A stretch of 32,000 nucleotides of DNA from an uncultured Williamsia sp. (GCF_947494875.1 NZ_CANLWM010000007.1:273405-305404), one strand, 5' to 3'; counted from the first letter of the stretch, positions 9,132 to 16,876 are shown. Notes: generated from the sequence alone by a model not told the origin. Translations and numbers: made by a program.

Positions 9132-9431
9132 TCACGATTCGGTCGTGTCGACGTCGCCCTTGTGGCTCGCGCCGGACGACGGCCGTCCGCGGCGCCCGTA
9201 TCGGCGCTCGAACTTCTGCACTCGTCCTGCGGTGTCCATCACGCGGTGCGCACCAGTCCAGAACGGATGCGAGTCGGACGTGACATCGACAACCACAAGA
9301 GGGTACCGGTTCCCGTCCTCCCATTCCAAAGTGACGTCGGACGTGACCGTCGAGCGGGTGAGGAACTGCTTGCCGGTGGACGAGTCGCGGAACACGACAG
9401 GGTGGTAGTCGGGGTGGACTCCGGGCTTCAT
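9132..9431 (-). CDS. rpmE2: 50S ribosomal protein L31 type B (zinc-independent)
   Basis: 99 aa, [16 protein letters not shown]…HPFWTG…[10 protein letters not shown]. There is no CxxC. Its ATG overlaps the stop of the upstream COG0523 gene (ATGA, 9428-9431). Confidence 0.92.
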   Translation of the reverse strand: MKPGVHPDYHPVVFRDSSTGKQFLTRSTVTSDVTLEWEDGNRYPLVVVDVTSDSHPFWTGAHRVMDTAGRVQKFERRYGRRGRPSSGASHKGDVDTTES

Positions 9432-10699
9432 GACTTCTCCTCGTTCTCGTGGATCGGGTGCGGGACGGACGTCTCGCACGGGTCGGCGTGGAACGTGCCG
9501 AAGGGGTCGTCCCAGGTCGACCACACGCTCTGACCTGCGGACATCTCGTCGTCGGTGAGGCAGGCCCGGCGCAGTGCTGTGCGGATGGCGTCGGGGTCGG
9601 CGCGCCAGACGAGGACGACGAGGCTGGTGTGCCGGTCGCCGAAGTCGGGGTCCCACCTCGCCGCGGCCAGTGCGACGCGTTCGGCATCGACGTCGGCGAC
9701 CTCGTCGTCGGTCATCGCCGCCAACCAGGGTCCGCCCGTCGCCACGCGCAGGCCGCCGCCGGCGCTCTCCATCCACAGCGCCTCGTCGGGCTGGGTGGCG
9801 AGCCACATCCGTCCGCGCGAGCAGACGACGCCATCGAGAAGGTGGTCGAGTGCGTCGTGCAGCCGGCCGGGATGGAACGGCCGGGCGACGGTGAACTCGA
9901 CGAGCTGCACGCCGCAGTCCGCCTCCAGTGGCGGCGTACCGGCCAGCAACGGGTCGAACGGGCCGACAGTCCGGTCACGACGCGCGCCTAGCGGCATGGC
10001 CGCGACGAGGAGCGACACCAGTCGCCCGTCGAGCGGGCGCCCGGGTGCCTCCATCACGACCGGCGCCTCCGGTGCGAGACGGCGGACCACCGCGCCGAAC
10101 ACCGCCGCATCCCAGTTCGCAGGTGCCGCACCGTGCACGACAAGGCCGTCGGCGACGGCGACGTGCCCGACGGCCACCTGGGCGAGCGTCCGCTCGTCGG
10201 CGGGGTCGCCGGAGTCGAAACCGGCCTCGGCCGTGGTCAGGTCACCGGTGGCCTCGTCCAGCCAGGTCCCCGCCGAGACGCAGCCGATGACCGCCTCGAC
10301 GCAGACGTCACGGGCAGCCGGGCCGTCCATCTGCCCCGGCACCCCGACGACGTCGACGTTCTCGATCGCCCAGCACAGAGGCTCCGGCTCGATGAGCGGG
10401 TCGAGGGCCACGACGATGCGTTCCACGGTCGACCGGCGATGCAGAGCGCGCAACGTCGGCAGCAGGTCGTGCCGGAGCGCACAGGACACACACCCGTGGT
10501 CCAGGTCGATGCGGGTCACCCAGGTCTGCGTGATGCCGTCGGCGTCGACCTGTCGCACGGTCCGGGTGATGATCCCCAGCGACACCTCCACCAGGTCGTG
10601 GTGCACCACCGCCGTCCCCGGCACCGACAGGCCCGTCGCGACCGCGTCGACGGCGACCGGGTCGAGCCCGGCCACGACGAACACCGGCGTCTTCTGCAC
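9428..10699 (-). CDS. COG0523/CobW-like G3E-family protein with degenerate GTPase motifs (Rv0106/Mrf-like)
   Basis: 423 aa from GTG 10699, preceded by GAGGAGG. It carries [20 protein letters not shown], a CobW-like core and a CobW_C-like C-terminus. No GxxGxGK[ST] is visible at the N-terminus ([20 protein letters not shown]). Confidence 0.8.
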   Translation of the reverse strand: MQKTPVFVVAGLDPVAVDAVATGLSVPGTAVVHHDLVEVSLGIITRTVRQVDADGITQTWVTRIDLDHGCVSCALRHDLLPTLRALHRRSTVERIVVALDPLIEPEPLCWAIENVDVVGVPGQMDGPAARDVCVEAVIGCVSAGTWLDEATGDLTTAEAGFDSGDPADERTLAQVAVGHVAVADGLVVHGAAPANWDAAVFGAVVRRLAPEAPVVMEAPGRPLDGRLVSLLVAAMPLGARRDRTVGPFDPLLAGTPPLEADCGVQLVEFTVARPFHPGRLHDALDHLLDGVVCSRGRMWLATQPDEALWMESAGGGLRVATGGPWLAAMTDDEVADVDAERVALAAARWDPDFGDRHTSLVVLVWRADPDAIRTALRRACLTDDEMSAGQSVWSTWDDPFGTFHADPCETSVPHPIHENEEKS

Positions 10700-10710
10700 T
10701 GGACCTCCTC

Positions 10711-10733
10711 TTGTTGGCAATGATTGTCGACAA
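10711..10733. promoter_or_regulatory. candidate Zur (Fur-family) operator, box 1
   Basis: TTGTTGGCAAT-G-ATTGTCGACAA. The half-sites match 9/11 as an inverted repeat, with an AATGATT core. It lies 12 nt upstream of the COG0523 start in the 86-nt divergent region. Confidence 0.5.
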
Positions 10734-10749
10734 GCGCTACCGTAGCCAC

Positions 10750-10767
10750 AATCGAGAACGATTTCCA
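10750..10767. promoter_or_regulatory. candidate Zur (Fur-family) operator, box 2 (weaker)
   Basis: AATCGAGAACGATTTCCA contains the dyad AATCG-N4-CGATT. By eye it matches about 11/15 of the actinobacterial TGAAAATGATTTTCA-type consensus. It lies 19 nt upstream of the rpmB GTG. Confidence 0.35.
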
Positions 10768-10785
10768 TTTGCATGAGGAGGGCAC

Positions 10786-11022
10786 GTGTCCGCACGCTGC
10801 CAGGTGACCGGGCGGGTGCCCGGTTTCGGCAAGCAGGTGTCGCACTCCCACGTCCGCACGTCGCGACGGTGGGATCCGAACCTGCAGCGCAAGCGCTATT
10901 TCCTGCCCAGCGAGGGCCGCACGGTGACGCTGCGGGTCTCGGCGAAGGGCATCAAGACGATCGATCGTGACGGCATCGAGGCTGTCGTCGCGCGGATCCG
11001 CGCACGAGGAGAGAAGGTCTGA
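10786..11022 (+). CDS. rpmB: 50S ribosomal protein L28, alternative (C-) paralog
   Basis: 78 aa, [29 protein letters not shown]…[21 protein letters not shown] start is preceded by GAGGAGGG. It has a single Cys only. Confidence 0.92.
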   Translation: MSARCQVTGRVPGFGKQVSHSHVRTSRRWDPNLQRKRYFLPSEGRTVTLRVSAKGIKTIDRDGIEAVVARIRARGEKV

Positions 11023-11192
11023 TGGCCGGCAAGAGCACCGACATCCGCCCGGTGGTGAAGCTGAAGTCCACGGCGGGAACGGGATACACGTACGTGACGC
11101 GCAAGAACCGTCGCAACGACCCCGATCGCCTGGTGATCCGCAAGTACGACCCGGTCGTGCGCCGTCACGTCGATTTCCGCGAGGAGCGCTGA
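11022..11192 (+). CDS. rpmG: 50S ribosomal protein L33, alternative (C-) paralog
   Basis: Hand-translated, 56 aa: [56 protein letters not shown]. It has no Cys. The ATG shares its A with the rpmB TGA (TGATG). Confidence 0.88.
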   Translation: MAGKSTDIRPVVKLKSTAGTGYTYVTRKNRRNDPDRLVIRKYDPVVRRHVDFREER

Positions 11193-11193
11193 G

Positions 11194-11499
11194 GTGGCGA
11201 AGAAGTCGAAGATCAACCGCGACCTGCACCGCCGCGAGGTGGTGGCCCGGTACGCCGAGCGTCGCGCGGCACTGAAGGCGATCATCCGGGACCCGCAGGC
11301 CGACGACGACTCCCGCGCCGACGCCCAGCTCGCCCTGCAACGGCTCCCCCGCGACGCCAGCCCGACGCGGCTGCGCAACCGCGACGTCGTCGACGGCCGG
11401 CCCCGCGGCTACATCGGCAAGGCCGGTGTCTCCCGTGTCCGGTTCCGCGCCATGGCGCACAACGGCGAACTGCCCGGCATCACGAAATCGAGTTGGTGA
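11194..11499 (+). CDS. rpsN: 30S ribosomal protein S14, long zinc-independent form
   Basis: 101 aa, [24 protein letters not shown]…[14 protein letters not shown]…[10 protein letters not shown]. It has no Cys. The GTG start is 1 nt after the rpmG stop. Confidence 0.92.
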   Translation: MAKKSKINRDLHRREVVARYAERRAALKAIIRDPQADDDSRADAQLALQRLPRDASPTRLRNRDVVDGRPRGYIGKAGVSRVRFRAMAHNGELPGITKSSW

Positions 11500-11503
11500 C
11501 ACC

Positions 11504-11758
11504 GTGACGAAGAAGCCACCGCGCCGACGGCCCGAGACGGGCAAGCCCGCCGCGCCGAAGCGAAACATCCTGCGCGACCGCGGGATCACCGAGGTCGACT
11601 ACAAGGACGTCGCCACGCTGCGACTGTTCCTGTCCGACCGCGGCAAGATCCGTGGTCGCCGCGTCACGGGCCTGACGCCACAACAGCAGCGTCAGGTCGC
11701 GACCGCGATCCGCAACGCCCGTGAGATGGCCCTGCTGCCGTTCGTGTCGAGCCGCTAG
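11504..11758 (+). CDS. rpsR: 30S ribosomal protein S18, alternative (C-) paralog
   Basis: 84 aa from GTG 11504, 4 nt after the rpsN stop. It carries …[49 protein letters not shown] and has no Cys. Confidence 0.88.
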   Translation: MTKKPPRRRPETGKPAAPKRNILRDRGITEVDYKDVATLRLFLSDRGKIRGRRVTGLTPQQQRQVATAIRNAREMALLPFVSSR

Positions 11759-12225
11759 ATCGCGACCATCACGAGCAGGGCGACCAGCGCGACGGCCTGC
11801 AAGGCGATGCGCAGCGGCGCGACGGAATCCCACCGTCGCTGGAGGTCTCGTGCGTCGGCGGGAATCACGCCGGTGCGCGCGGCCTCCTTCTGGCGCTCGT
11901 TGATCGGCTTGGCGACGACCGCGTAGACCGCCAGCCACACGAGAAGCGCAGCCACCGCGACGCCTCCTGCGATCGCGGCGGTCGCACCTCCCCAGACGGC
12001 GGCGGCGACGGTCGCCGCGAGCGCGACCACCACGCCGGGCACGCCGAACGCGGGCATCCGTCGATCCGCGAAGTGGTGCCCCCACCCTGCGGCGAGCGTC
12101 ATCGTCGCGTCGTCCATCCGTCCGTAGGCCGACGTCATCACCGCACCCGCGAACATGTCGGTCCCGTAGACCACCGCATTCGCCATCACCGCGACACCTG
12201 CCAGCCCTACCACCACTGCGCTCAT
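11755..12225 (-). CDS. DUF1772 (anthrone-oxygenase-like) integral membrane protein
   Basis: 156 aa from ATG 12225, preceded by GGAAGG. It has four hydrophobic segments and a PINERQ…[10 protein letters not shown] tail typical of DUF1772. Its stop overlaps the rpsR stop in a CTAG palindrome. Confidence 0.6.
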   Translation of the reverse strand: MSAVVVGLAGVAVMANAVVYGTDMFAGAVMTSAYGRMDDATMTLAAGWGHHFADRRMPAFGVPGVVVALAATVAAAVWGGATAAIAGGVAVAALLVWLAVYAVVAKPINERQKEAARTGVIPADARDLQRRWDSVAPLRIALQAVALVALLVMVAI

Positions 12226-12247
12226 CGAACTGCCTTCCGTCGATATG

Positions 12248-12268
12248 GGTTCTACCGCTGATAGAACC
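12248..12268. promoter_or_regulatory. candidate TetR operator 1
   Basis: GGTTCTACC-GCT-GATAGAACC, an 8/9 inverted repeat in the DUF1772/TetR divergent region. Confidence 0.5.
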
Positions 12269-12285
12269 ACGCCCGTTCGTCGATG

Positions 12286-12300
12286 TCTATCGTTGATAGA
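12286..12300. promoter_or_regulatory. candidate TetR operator 2
   Basis: TCTATC-GTT-GATAGA, a perfect 6-3-6 palindrome with the same core as operator 1. TAGATT hexamers lie at 12297-12302 and 12316-12321. The second ends 7 nt before the TetR ATG, the geometry expected for a leaderless mRNA. Confidence 0.5.
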
Positions 12301-12328
12301 TTTTCTGAACGGCGGTAGATTCCGGCGC

Positions 12329-12886
12329 ATGGCATCGACCGATCGCCGCGCGCGAGAGAGAGCGGAGCGGCACCACCGCATCGTCACGTCGGCCCGCGAC
12401 CTCGCGGAGGCGGATGGTTGGGCGGCGGTGACGACGCGACGACTGGCGGACGAGATCGAGTACACGCCGCCCGTGCTCTACCAGCACTTCCCCGACGGTC
12501 GCGACGGTGTGGTGACCGCGGTGGCCGTCCTCGGGTTCGAGGAGTTCACGGTGACCGCGCGTGCTGCTGTCGACGGCGGCGGCGATCCGCTGGTCGCCCT
12601 GGTGGACGCCTACCTGGCGTTCGCGCGCGCCCACCCCGCGACCTACGAGGCGATGTTCTCGCTGGCGGTCGGCGTCCCATTCGCCAGCGAGTCGACGCCC
12701 GCCGCGCTGACTGCTGCGTTCGACGTGATCGTCGATGCGATCGGGCCCGACCGCGACGATGCCGGCGTCCGGGCGGAACTCCTCTGGAGCACGTTGCACG
12801 GCCTCTGCGAGCTCGAACGGCACAGCCGACTCGATCCACAACAAGCCGACGCCCGACGGGCGCTGGCGATCACCCAGGCACGGTGA
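12329..12886 (+). CDS. TetR/AcrR-family transcriptional regulator
   Basis: 185 aa from ATG 12329. It has an N-terminal HTH (VTTRRLADEIEYTPPVLYQHFPDGRDG) and a helical C-terminal domain. It is divergent from DUF1772. Confidence 0.85.
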   Translation: MASTDRRARERAERHHRIVTSARDLAEADGWAAVTTRRLADEIEYTPPVLYQHFPDGRDGVVTAVAVLGFEEFTVTARAAVDGGGDPLVALVDAYLAFARAHPATYEAMFSLAVGVPFASESTPAALTAAFDVIVDAIGPDRDDAGVRAELLWSTLHGLCELERHSRLDPQQADARRALAITQAR

Positions 12887-12902
12887 CCGCCGCCACGGCG
12901 GA

Positions 12903-13880
12903 TCAGGCCGAGGCCAGCGCCACCCGCGCGACCTCGTCGTAGGCCGTGGTCTCGTCGCCGAGGAGGAACCGGTCGACCTTCGCGCGACGCCAGTAGAGAT
13001 GGGCGTCGTGGTCCCAGGTGAAACCGATGCCACCGTGGACCTGGATGAGGGTCTCGGTGGCCTGCTGCGCAGCCGTCGCGGCGAACGCCTTCGCCGCGGC
13101 GGAGGCGAGCGGCAGCTCGTCGGGTGAGGCGTCGGCGGCCCAGGCCGCCCACCACACCAGCGACCGCAGCTGCTCGACGGCGACGTAGACGTCGACCAGT
13201 GCGTGCTTGACGGCCTGGTAGGACCCGATGGCCCGACCGAATGCGACCCGGTCCTTGGCGTACGCGACCCCGAGTTCCAGTGCGCGAGAGGCGGTGCCGA
13301 GACCCTCGGCCGCGAGGACGACACGACCGACCGCGGTGGCTCGCTCCCACCGATCGCGCGCGCCGGCCGCGAGCACCTCGGTGTCACCGAGTGTCACGCG
13401 GCCCAGCCCGCGGGTGGGATCGATCGGGTCGGGCGTCTCCACGGTCCCGGATCCCACCACGATGTCGTCACCGACAAGGGCGAGGAACGACGTCGCACCG
13501 ACCGCGTCGAGGGTGGGTTCGCCGACATCGACCACCGCGAAGGCCGTCGAACCGTCGGCGAGTGAGGCCAGGCGCGTGTCGTCTCCGTCGAGGAGGATCG
13601 CGGCCCGCGCGGACGTCACCAGGGACGGTGCGGCCAGCACACGGCCCGCCTGTTCGGCGACGACGGCCAGGTCGAGCACGGAGCCACCACCACCTCCGGC
13701 CGCATCCGGGACTGTGATGGCGGCGAACCCGCTCTGCGCCAACTGCTCTCGGCCGGGTCCCAGGCCACTGGAGTCACCGTCGAGGGCGGCGCGGATGGCG
13801 TCGGTGGACGTCACCGACCGGAGGAAACCCCCTGCCGCCGAGGCGAGATCGCGCTGCTGGTCGTCGAGGTCGAAGTTCAT
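12903..13880 (-). CDS. acyl-CoA dehydrogenase family protein, short beta-type subunit
   Basis: 325 aa from ATG 13880 (MNFDLDDQQRDL…). It has an ACAD C-terminal domain (IGSYQAVKHALVD…HGGIGFTWDHDAHLYWRRAK). It has an ATGA overlap with the upstream ACAD. The longer 584-aa ORF-track version is rejected. Confidence 0.8.
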   Translation of the reverse strand: MNFDLDDQQRDLASAAGGFLRSVTSTDAIRAALDGDSSGLGPGREQLAQSGFAAITVPDAAGGGGGSVLDLAVVAEQAGRVLAAPSLVTSARAAILLDGDDTRLASLADGSTAFAVVDVGEPTLDAVGATSFLALVGDDIVVGSGTVETPDPIDPTRGLGRVTLGDTEVLAAGARDRWERATAVGRVVLAAEGLGTASRALELGVAYAKDRVAFGRAIGSYQAVKHALVDVYVAVEQLRSLVWWAAWAADASPDELPLASAAAKAFAATAAQQATETLIQVHGGIGFTWDHDAHLYWRRAKVDRFLLGDETTAYDEVARVALASA

Positions 13881-15127
13881 GCGCGCTGCGCCTCCTTCTG
13901 GGCGGGGGCCTCCGAGCCACCGGCGGCGACGGCGATGCTCTCGCGGAACGTGACGTTCTTGTCGGCGCGCGGCTCGGGCGGCAGGCCGAGGACCCTCTCG
14001 CCGATCACGTTGCGCAGCACCTCGTTCGTGCCGCCCGCGATGGCCAGACCGGGCAGGCTCGCCTGGATCGCCTGCCACTGTCCGCCGCCTTCGGCCGCGA
14101 ACGCACCGTCGCCGCCGAGGAGTTCGACGGCGATGTCGGCGAGTTCGCGCGCCGTGGCCGTGCCCGACAGCTTGCCGGCGGACGCCTCCGGTCCCGGCAT
14201 GTCGCCGCGGCTGATCGCCGACAGCTGCCGATACCCGGTGTAGCGGGTCGCGAGCGCCTCCGCGAACGCGCGGCCGAACCGCTGCCGGACGACGCCCTGA
14301 CGCGCCTCGGGAAGGGAGGACAGGTGCTCGGCGACGTGTGCGGCGACCGCGTCGGGCGAGATGCCGAGCTCTCCGCCGCCCCCGCCGAGCGAGAAGCGTT
14401 CGGCCATCAGGGTGGTGATGGCCACCGACCATCCGGCGCCGACGTCGCCGAGACGTTCGGAGTCGGGGATGACGACGTCGTCGAAGAACACCTCGTTGAA
14501 CTCGGCGCCGCCGCTCATCTGGCGTAGCGGCCGTGCGGTCACGCCGGGCGCCTTCATGTCGACGACGAACATCGTGAGCCCCTTGTGCTTCGCGACGTCC
14601 GGGTCGGTGCGGGTGAGCAGGATGCCGTAGTCGGCGAGGTGGGCGACCGTCGTCCACACCTTCTGCCCGTTGACCACCCAGTCGCCGTCGGCGTTGCGGA
14701 CCGCGCGGGTGCGCAGCGCGGCGAGGTCACTGCCCGAGGCGGGTTCGCTGAAGAGCTGGCACCAGATGTCGTCGGCCCGCAGCAGTCGCTTGAGGTAGCG
14801 GTCCTTCTGGTCCTGGGTGCCGTGGGCGATGACCGTCGGACCGCACATGCCGATCCCGATGAAGTTCACCAGGCCCGGTGCGCCCGCCCGCGCGAGTTCC
14901 TGGTCGACGATGGCCTGCTGCATCGGGGTGCCGCCGTGACCGCCGGCCTCCGTCGGCCAGGTGACACCGACGAGACCCCCGTCGTAGAGGACGGCCTCGC
15001 GCTGTCGCGAGCGGACGTCGTCGTGACCTCGGTCGCTGCGGTCGCCGAGTTCGTCGCGGTGCTCGGTGATGAACGACCGCACCTTCTCGCGCCAGGCCGC
15101 CTCGTCCGGGGTGTCCTCGAAATCCAT
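13877..15127 (-). CDS. acyl-CoA dehydrogenase, alpha-type subunit
   Basis: 416 aa from ATG 15127, preceded by GGAAGGG. It is a full ACAD with N-terminal, middle (WVVNGQKVWTT) and C-terminal domains, including IAGGTNEVLRNVIGERVLGLP with the putative catalytic Glu. Confidence 0.88.
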   Translation of the reverse strand: MDFEDTPDEAAWREKVRSFITEHRDELGDRSDRGHDDVRSRQREAVLYDGGLVGVTWPTEAGGHGGTPMQQAIVDQELARAGAPGLVNFIGIGMCGPTVIAHGTQDQKDRYLKRLLRADDIWCQLFSEPASGSDLAALRTRAVRNADGDWVVNGQKVWTTVAHLADYGILLTRTDPDVAKHKGLTMFVVDMKAPGVTARPLRQMSGGAEFNEVFFDDVVIPDSERLGDVGAGWSVAITTLMAERFSLGGGGGELGISPDAVAAHVAEHLSSLPEARQGVVRQRFGRAFAEALATRYTGYRQLSAISRGDMPGPEASAGKLSGTATARELADIAVELLGGDGAFAAEGGGQWQAIQASLPGLAIAGGTNEVLRNVIGERVLGLPPEPRADKNVTFRESIAVAAGGSEAPAQKEAQRA

Positions 15128-15190
15128 CGCGCCCTTCCGTGGCCGCCGGCACGGCCTCACCGCCACTGTACGAGCGGGCAGTGAGCGGCG

Positions 15191-15601
15191 TCACAGGGTG
15201 GTGATGTCCACCAGCGTTTCGAGACCCGACACGTCTGCGGGATTGCGGGTGACCAATACGAGCCCGTGTGCGGCAGCAACGGCCGCGATCATCCGGTCGA
15301 TGACGTGATTGCGTGGGCTTCGGCCGACCTCGATCGTGGCGCGCGCGATCCGCCCGAACTCGAGCGCGGCGGAATCGTCGAACACGAGGCCGGCGCCGAA
15401 CAGGTTGGTGACCGCATCCAGCCGATCCTGGCGACGGGCACGGTCGGCGCCGTCGACGGTCGCGAGACCCATTCGCATCTCGGCGTAGCTCAGCGAGCTC
15501 ACGAACAGTTCGTCGAAGCGGGTCAGATCGGGGGCCGCCTCATCGGGATTGCGCATCGCGACGAGTACCGACGTGTCCAGCAGCGCGCGACGCCTCGTCA
15601 T
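15191..15601 (-). CDS. vapC: type II toxin VapC (PIN-domain ribonuclease)
   Basis: 136 aa, MTRRRALLDTSVLV…SSLSYAEM…DRMIAAVAAAHGLVLVTRNPADV. The PIN acidic residues are in the usual order. It has an ATGA overlap with the antitoxin gene. Confidence 0.85.
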   Translation of the reverse strand: MTRRRALLDTSVLVAMRNPDEAAPDLTRFDELFVSSLSYAEMRMGLATVDGADRARRQDRLDAVTNLFGAGLVFDDSAALEFGRIARATIEVGRSPRNHVIDRMIAAVAAAHGLVLVTRNPADVSGLETLVDITTL

Positions 15602-15849
15602 GCCCAGGGATCGTCGGTCTCGACATCTCGGGTGTCCTCCACCTCGGCGCTCCACGCGTCGTCGACAGGGGTCCGCGTCAGCACGGCGACGAGGTCGGCC
15701 GGCGAGACCCCCCGCGCCTCCCGGTGTGGGGCCAGGTCTGCGACCGGCCGATTGTGGCTGGTGACGACCAGCGTCTTCCCCTCGCTCACAGCCTTCAACG
15801 CGGGCGCAGGGTTCTGCCGCAACTGCGCGATGGGGACTGTCTCCGTCAT
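15598..15849 (-). CDS. type II antitoxin, Phd/YefM family (VapB partner)
   Basis: 83 aa from ATG 15849, MTETVPIAQLRQNPAPALKAVSEGKTLVVTSHNRPVADL…. The hexamer TACGAT (15861-15856) ends 6 nt before the ATG, which suggests a leaderless mRNA. Confidence 0.8.
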   Translation of the reverse strand: MTETVPIAQLRQNPAPALKAVSEGKTLVVTSHNRPVADLAPHREARGVSPADLVAVLTRTPVDDAWSAEVEDTRDVETDDPWA

Positions 15850-15870
15850 GACGACATCGTAGGCCGAGTG

Positions 15871-15888
15871 AGTAGACATATGTCTACT
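15871..15888. promoter_or_regulatory. perfect 18-bp palindrome, probable TA autoregulatory operator
   Basis: AGTAGACATATGTCTACT is its own reverse complement. It lies 22-39 nt upstream of the antitoxin start and 2 nt before the first possible start of the divergent AEC transporter ORF. Confidence 0.55.
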
Positions 15889-15940
15889 GGTGGCCGTGCC
15901 CGACGATCCGGTGATGCGGAGCGCCCGTAGGATCCCCCCG

Positions 15941-16876
15941 GTGTCCGGAGTGGTCCAGGGGTTCACCGTCATCTTCATCCTCATCGGGGTGGGATGGGTG
16001 CTCGGACGGTCCGGGACGCTCGGACCCGACGCGCACCAGACCTTGTCGCGGTTGGTGTTCTTCGTCTTCACACCGGCTCTGCTGCTGCACTCGCTGTCGG
16101 ACACCGACGTCGCACAGATCTTCTCCACGACGCTCGTGATCGCCGGTGGCAGCGCGTTCGCGGTGGGTGCGGTCTACTTCGTCCTCGCCCGGACGGTGCT
16201 GCGACGGCAGGTCCCCGAGGCGGTGATCGGTGCGCTCTCGTCGAGCTACGTGAACAGCGCGAACCTGGGCATCCCCATCGCGATCTTCGTGCTCAAGGAC
16301 GCGACGTTCGTCGCGCCGCTGCTGCTGTTCCAGATCATGATCTACTCCCCCATCGCGCTGACGATGCTCGACCTGACCGCCCTGCGGTCCGGCGCCGGTC
16401 GGATCACGCTGCGGGACACGGTCATCGCTCCACTGACGAACCCCATCGTCATCGGCGGCCTCATCGGACTGATCATCTCGCTGGCCGGGGTGACGCTGCC
16501 GCAGGCGGTGTCGGAACCGATCCAGATGCTCGGCGACGCATCGGTTCCCGGTGCGCTGCTCGCGTTCGGGCTCTCGCTGACGGGCGTCAGCGTGCTGCGC
16601 AAGGGCGACAACCCCCGTCGCGACGTCGCGCTGGCGTCGGTCATGAAGATGATCGTGCAGCCGATCCTGGTGTTCGTGCTCGCGTACTTCCTGTTCGACG
16701 AACGCGGCCACAACCTCTTCGCGCAGGTCGTGATCGCGGCGCTACCGACCGCGCAGAACGTCCTCGTCTACGCCACCCGGTACCAGCGCGGGGTGGTGCT
16801 CGCTCGCGACAGCGCCCTGGTCACCACCATCGTGTCCATCCCCGTCATCGCCGTCATCGCCGCGCTTCTCGCCTGA
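15941..16876 (+). CDS. AEC (auxin efflux carrier) family transporter
   Basis: About 311 aa and polytopic. The N-terminus VSGVVQGFTVIFILIGVGWVLGR is typical of the family. I prefer GTG 15941 (AGGA 8 nt upstream). Alternative starts are 15890 and 15914. Confidence 0.8.
   Translation: MSGVVQGFTVIFILIGVGWVLGRSGTLGPDAHQTLSRLVFFVFTPALLLHSLSDTDVAQIFSTTLVIAGGSAFAVGAVYFVLARTVLRRQVPEAVIGALSSSYVNSANLGIPIAIFVLKDATFVAPLLLFQIMIYSPIALTMLDLTALRSGAGRITLRDTVIAPLTNPIVIGGLIGLIISLAGVTLPQAVSEPIQMLGDASVPGALLAFGLSLTGVSVLRKGDNPRRDVALASVMKMIVQPILVFVLAYFLFDERGHNLFAQVVIAALPTAQNVLVYATRYQRGVVLARDSALVTTIVSIPVIAVIAALLA

Noticed and set aside
9449-10745. Plus-strand ORFs (180, 396, 196 aa and others) opposite the COG0523 gene.
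   Set aside because: They are GC-driven antisense frames without motifs. The minus-strand product has clear CobW-family similarity and coupling to rpmE2.
13881-14657. An N-terminal extension of the short ACAD to 584 aa.
   Set aside because: The extension is an Arg/Pro-rich alternative frame over the alpha-ACAD gene. The MNFDLDD start at 13880 overlaps the upstream stop by ATGA.
15871-15888. A McbR-type methionine/cysteine regulator site (TAGAC-N6-GTCTA).
   Set aside because: The palindrome has TAGAC-N4-GTCTA spacing, and it sits in front of a toxin-antitoxin operon rather than sulfur-metabolism genes. An antitoxin operator is the simpler reading.
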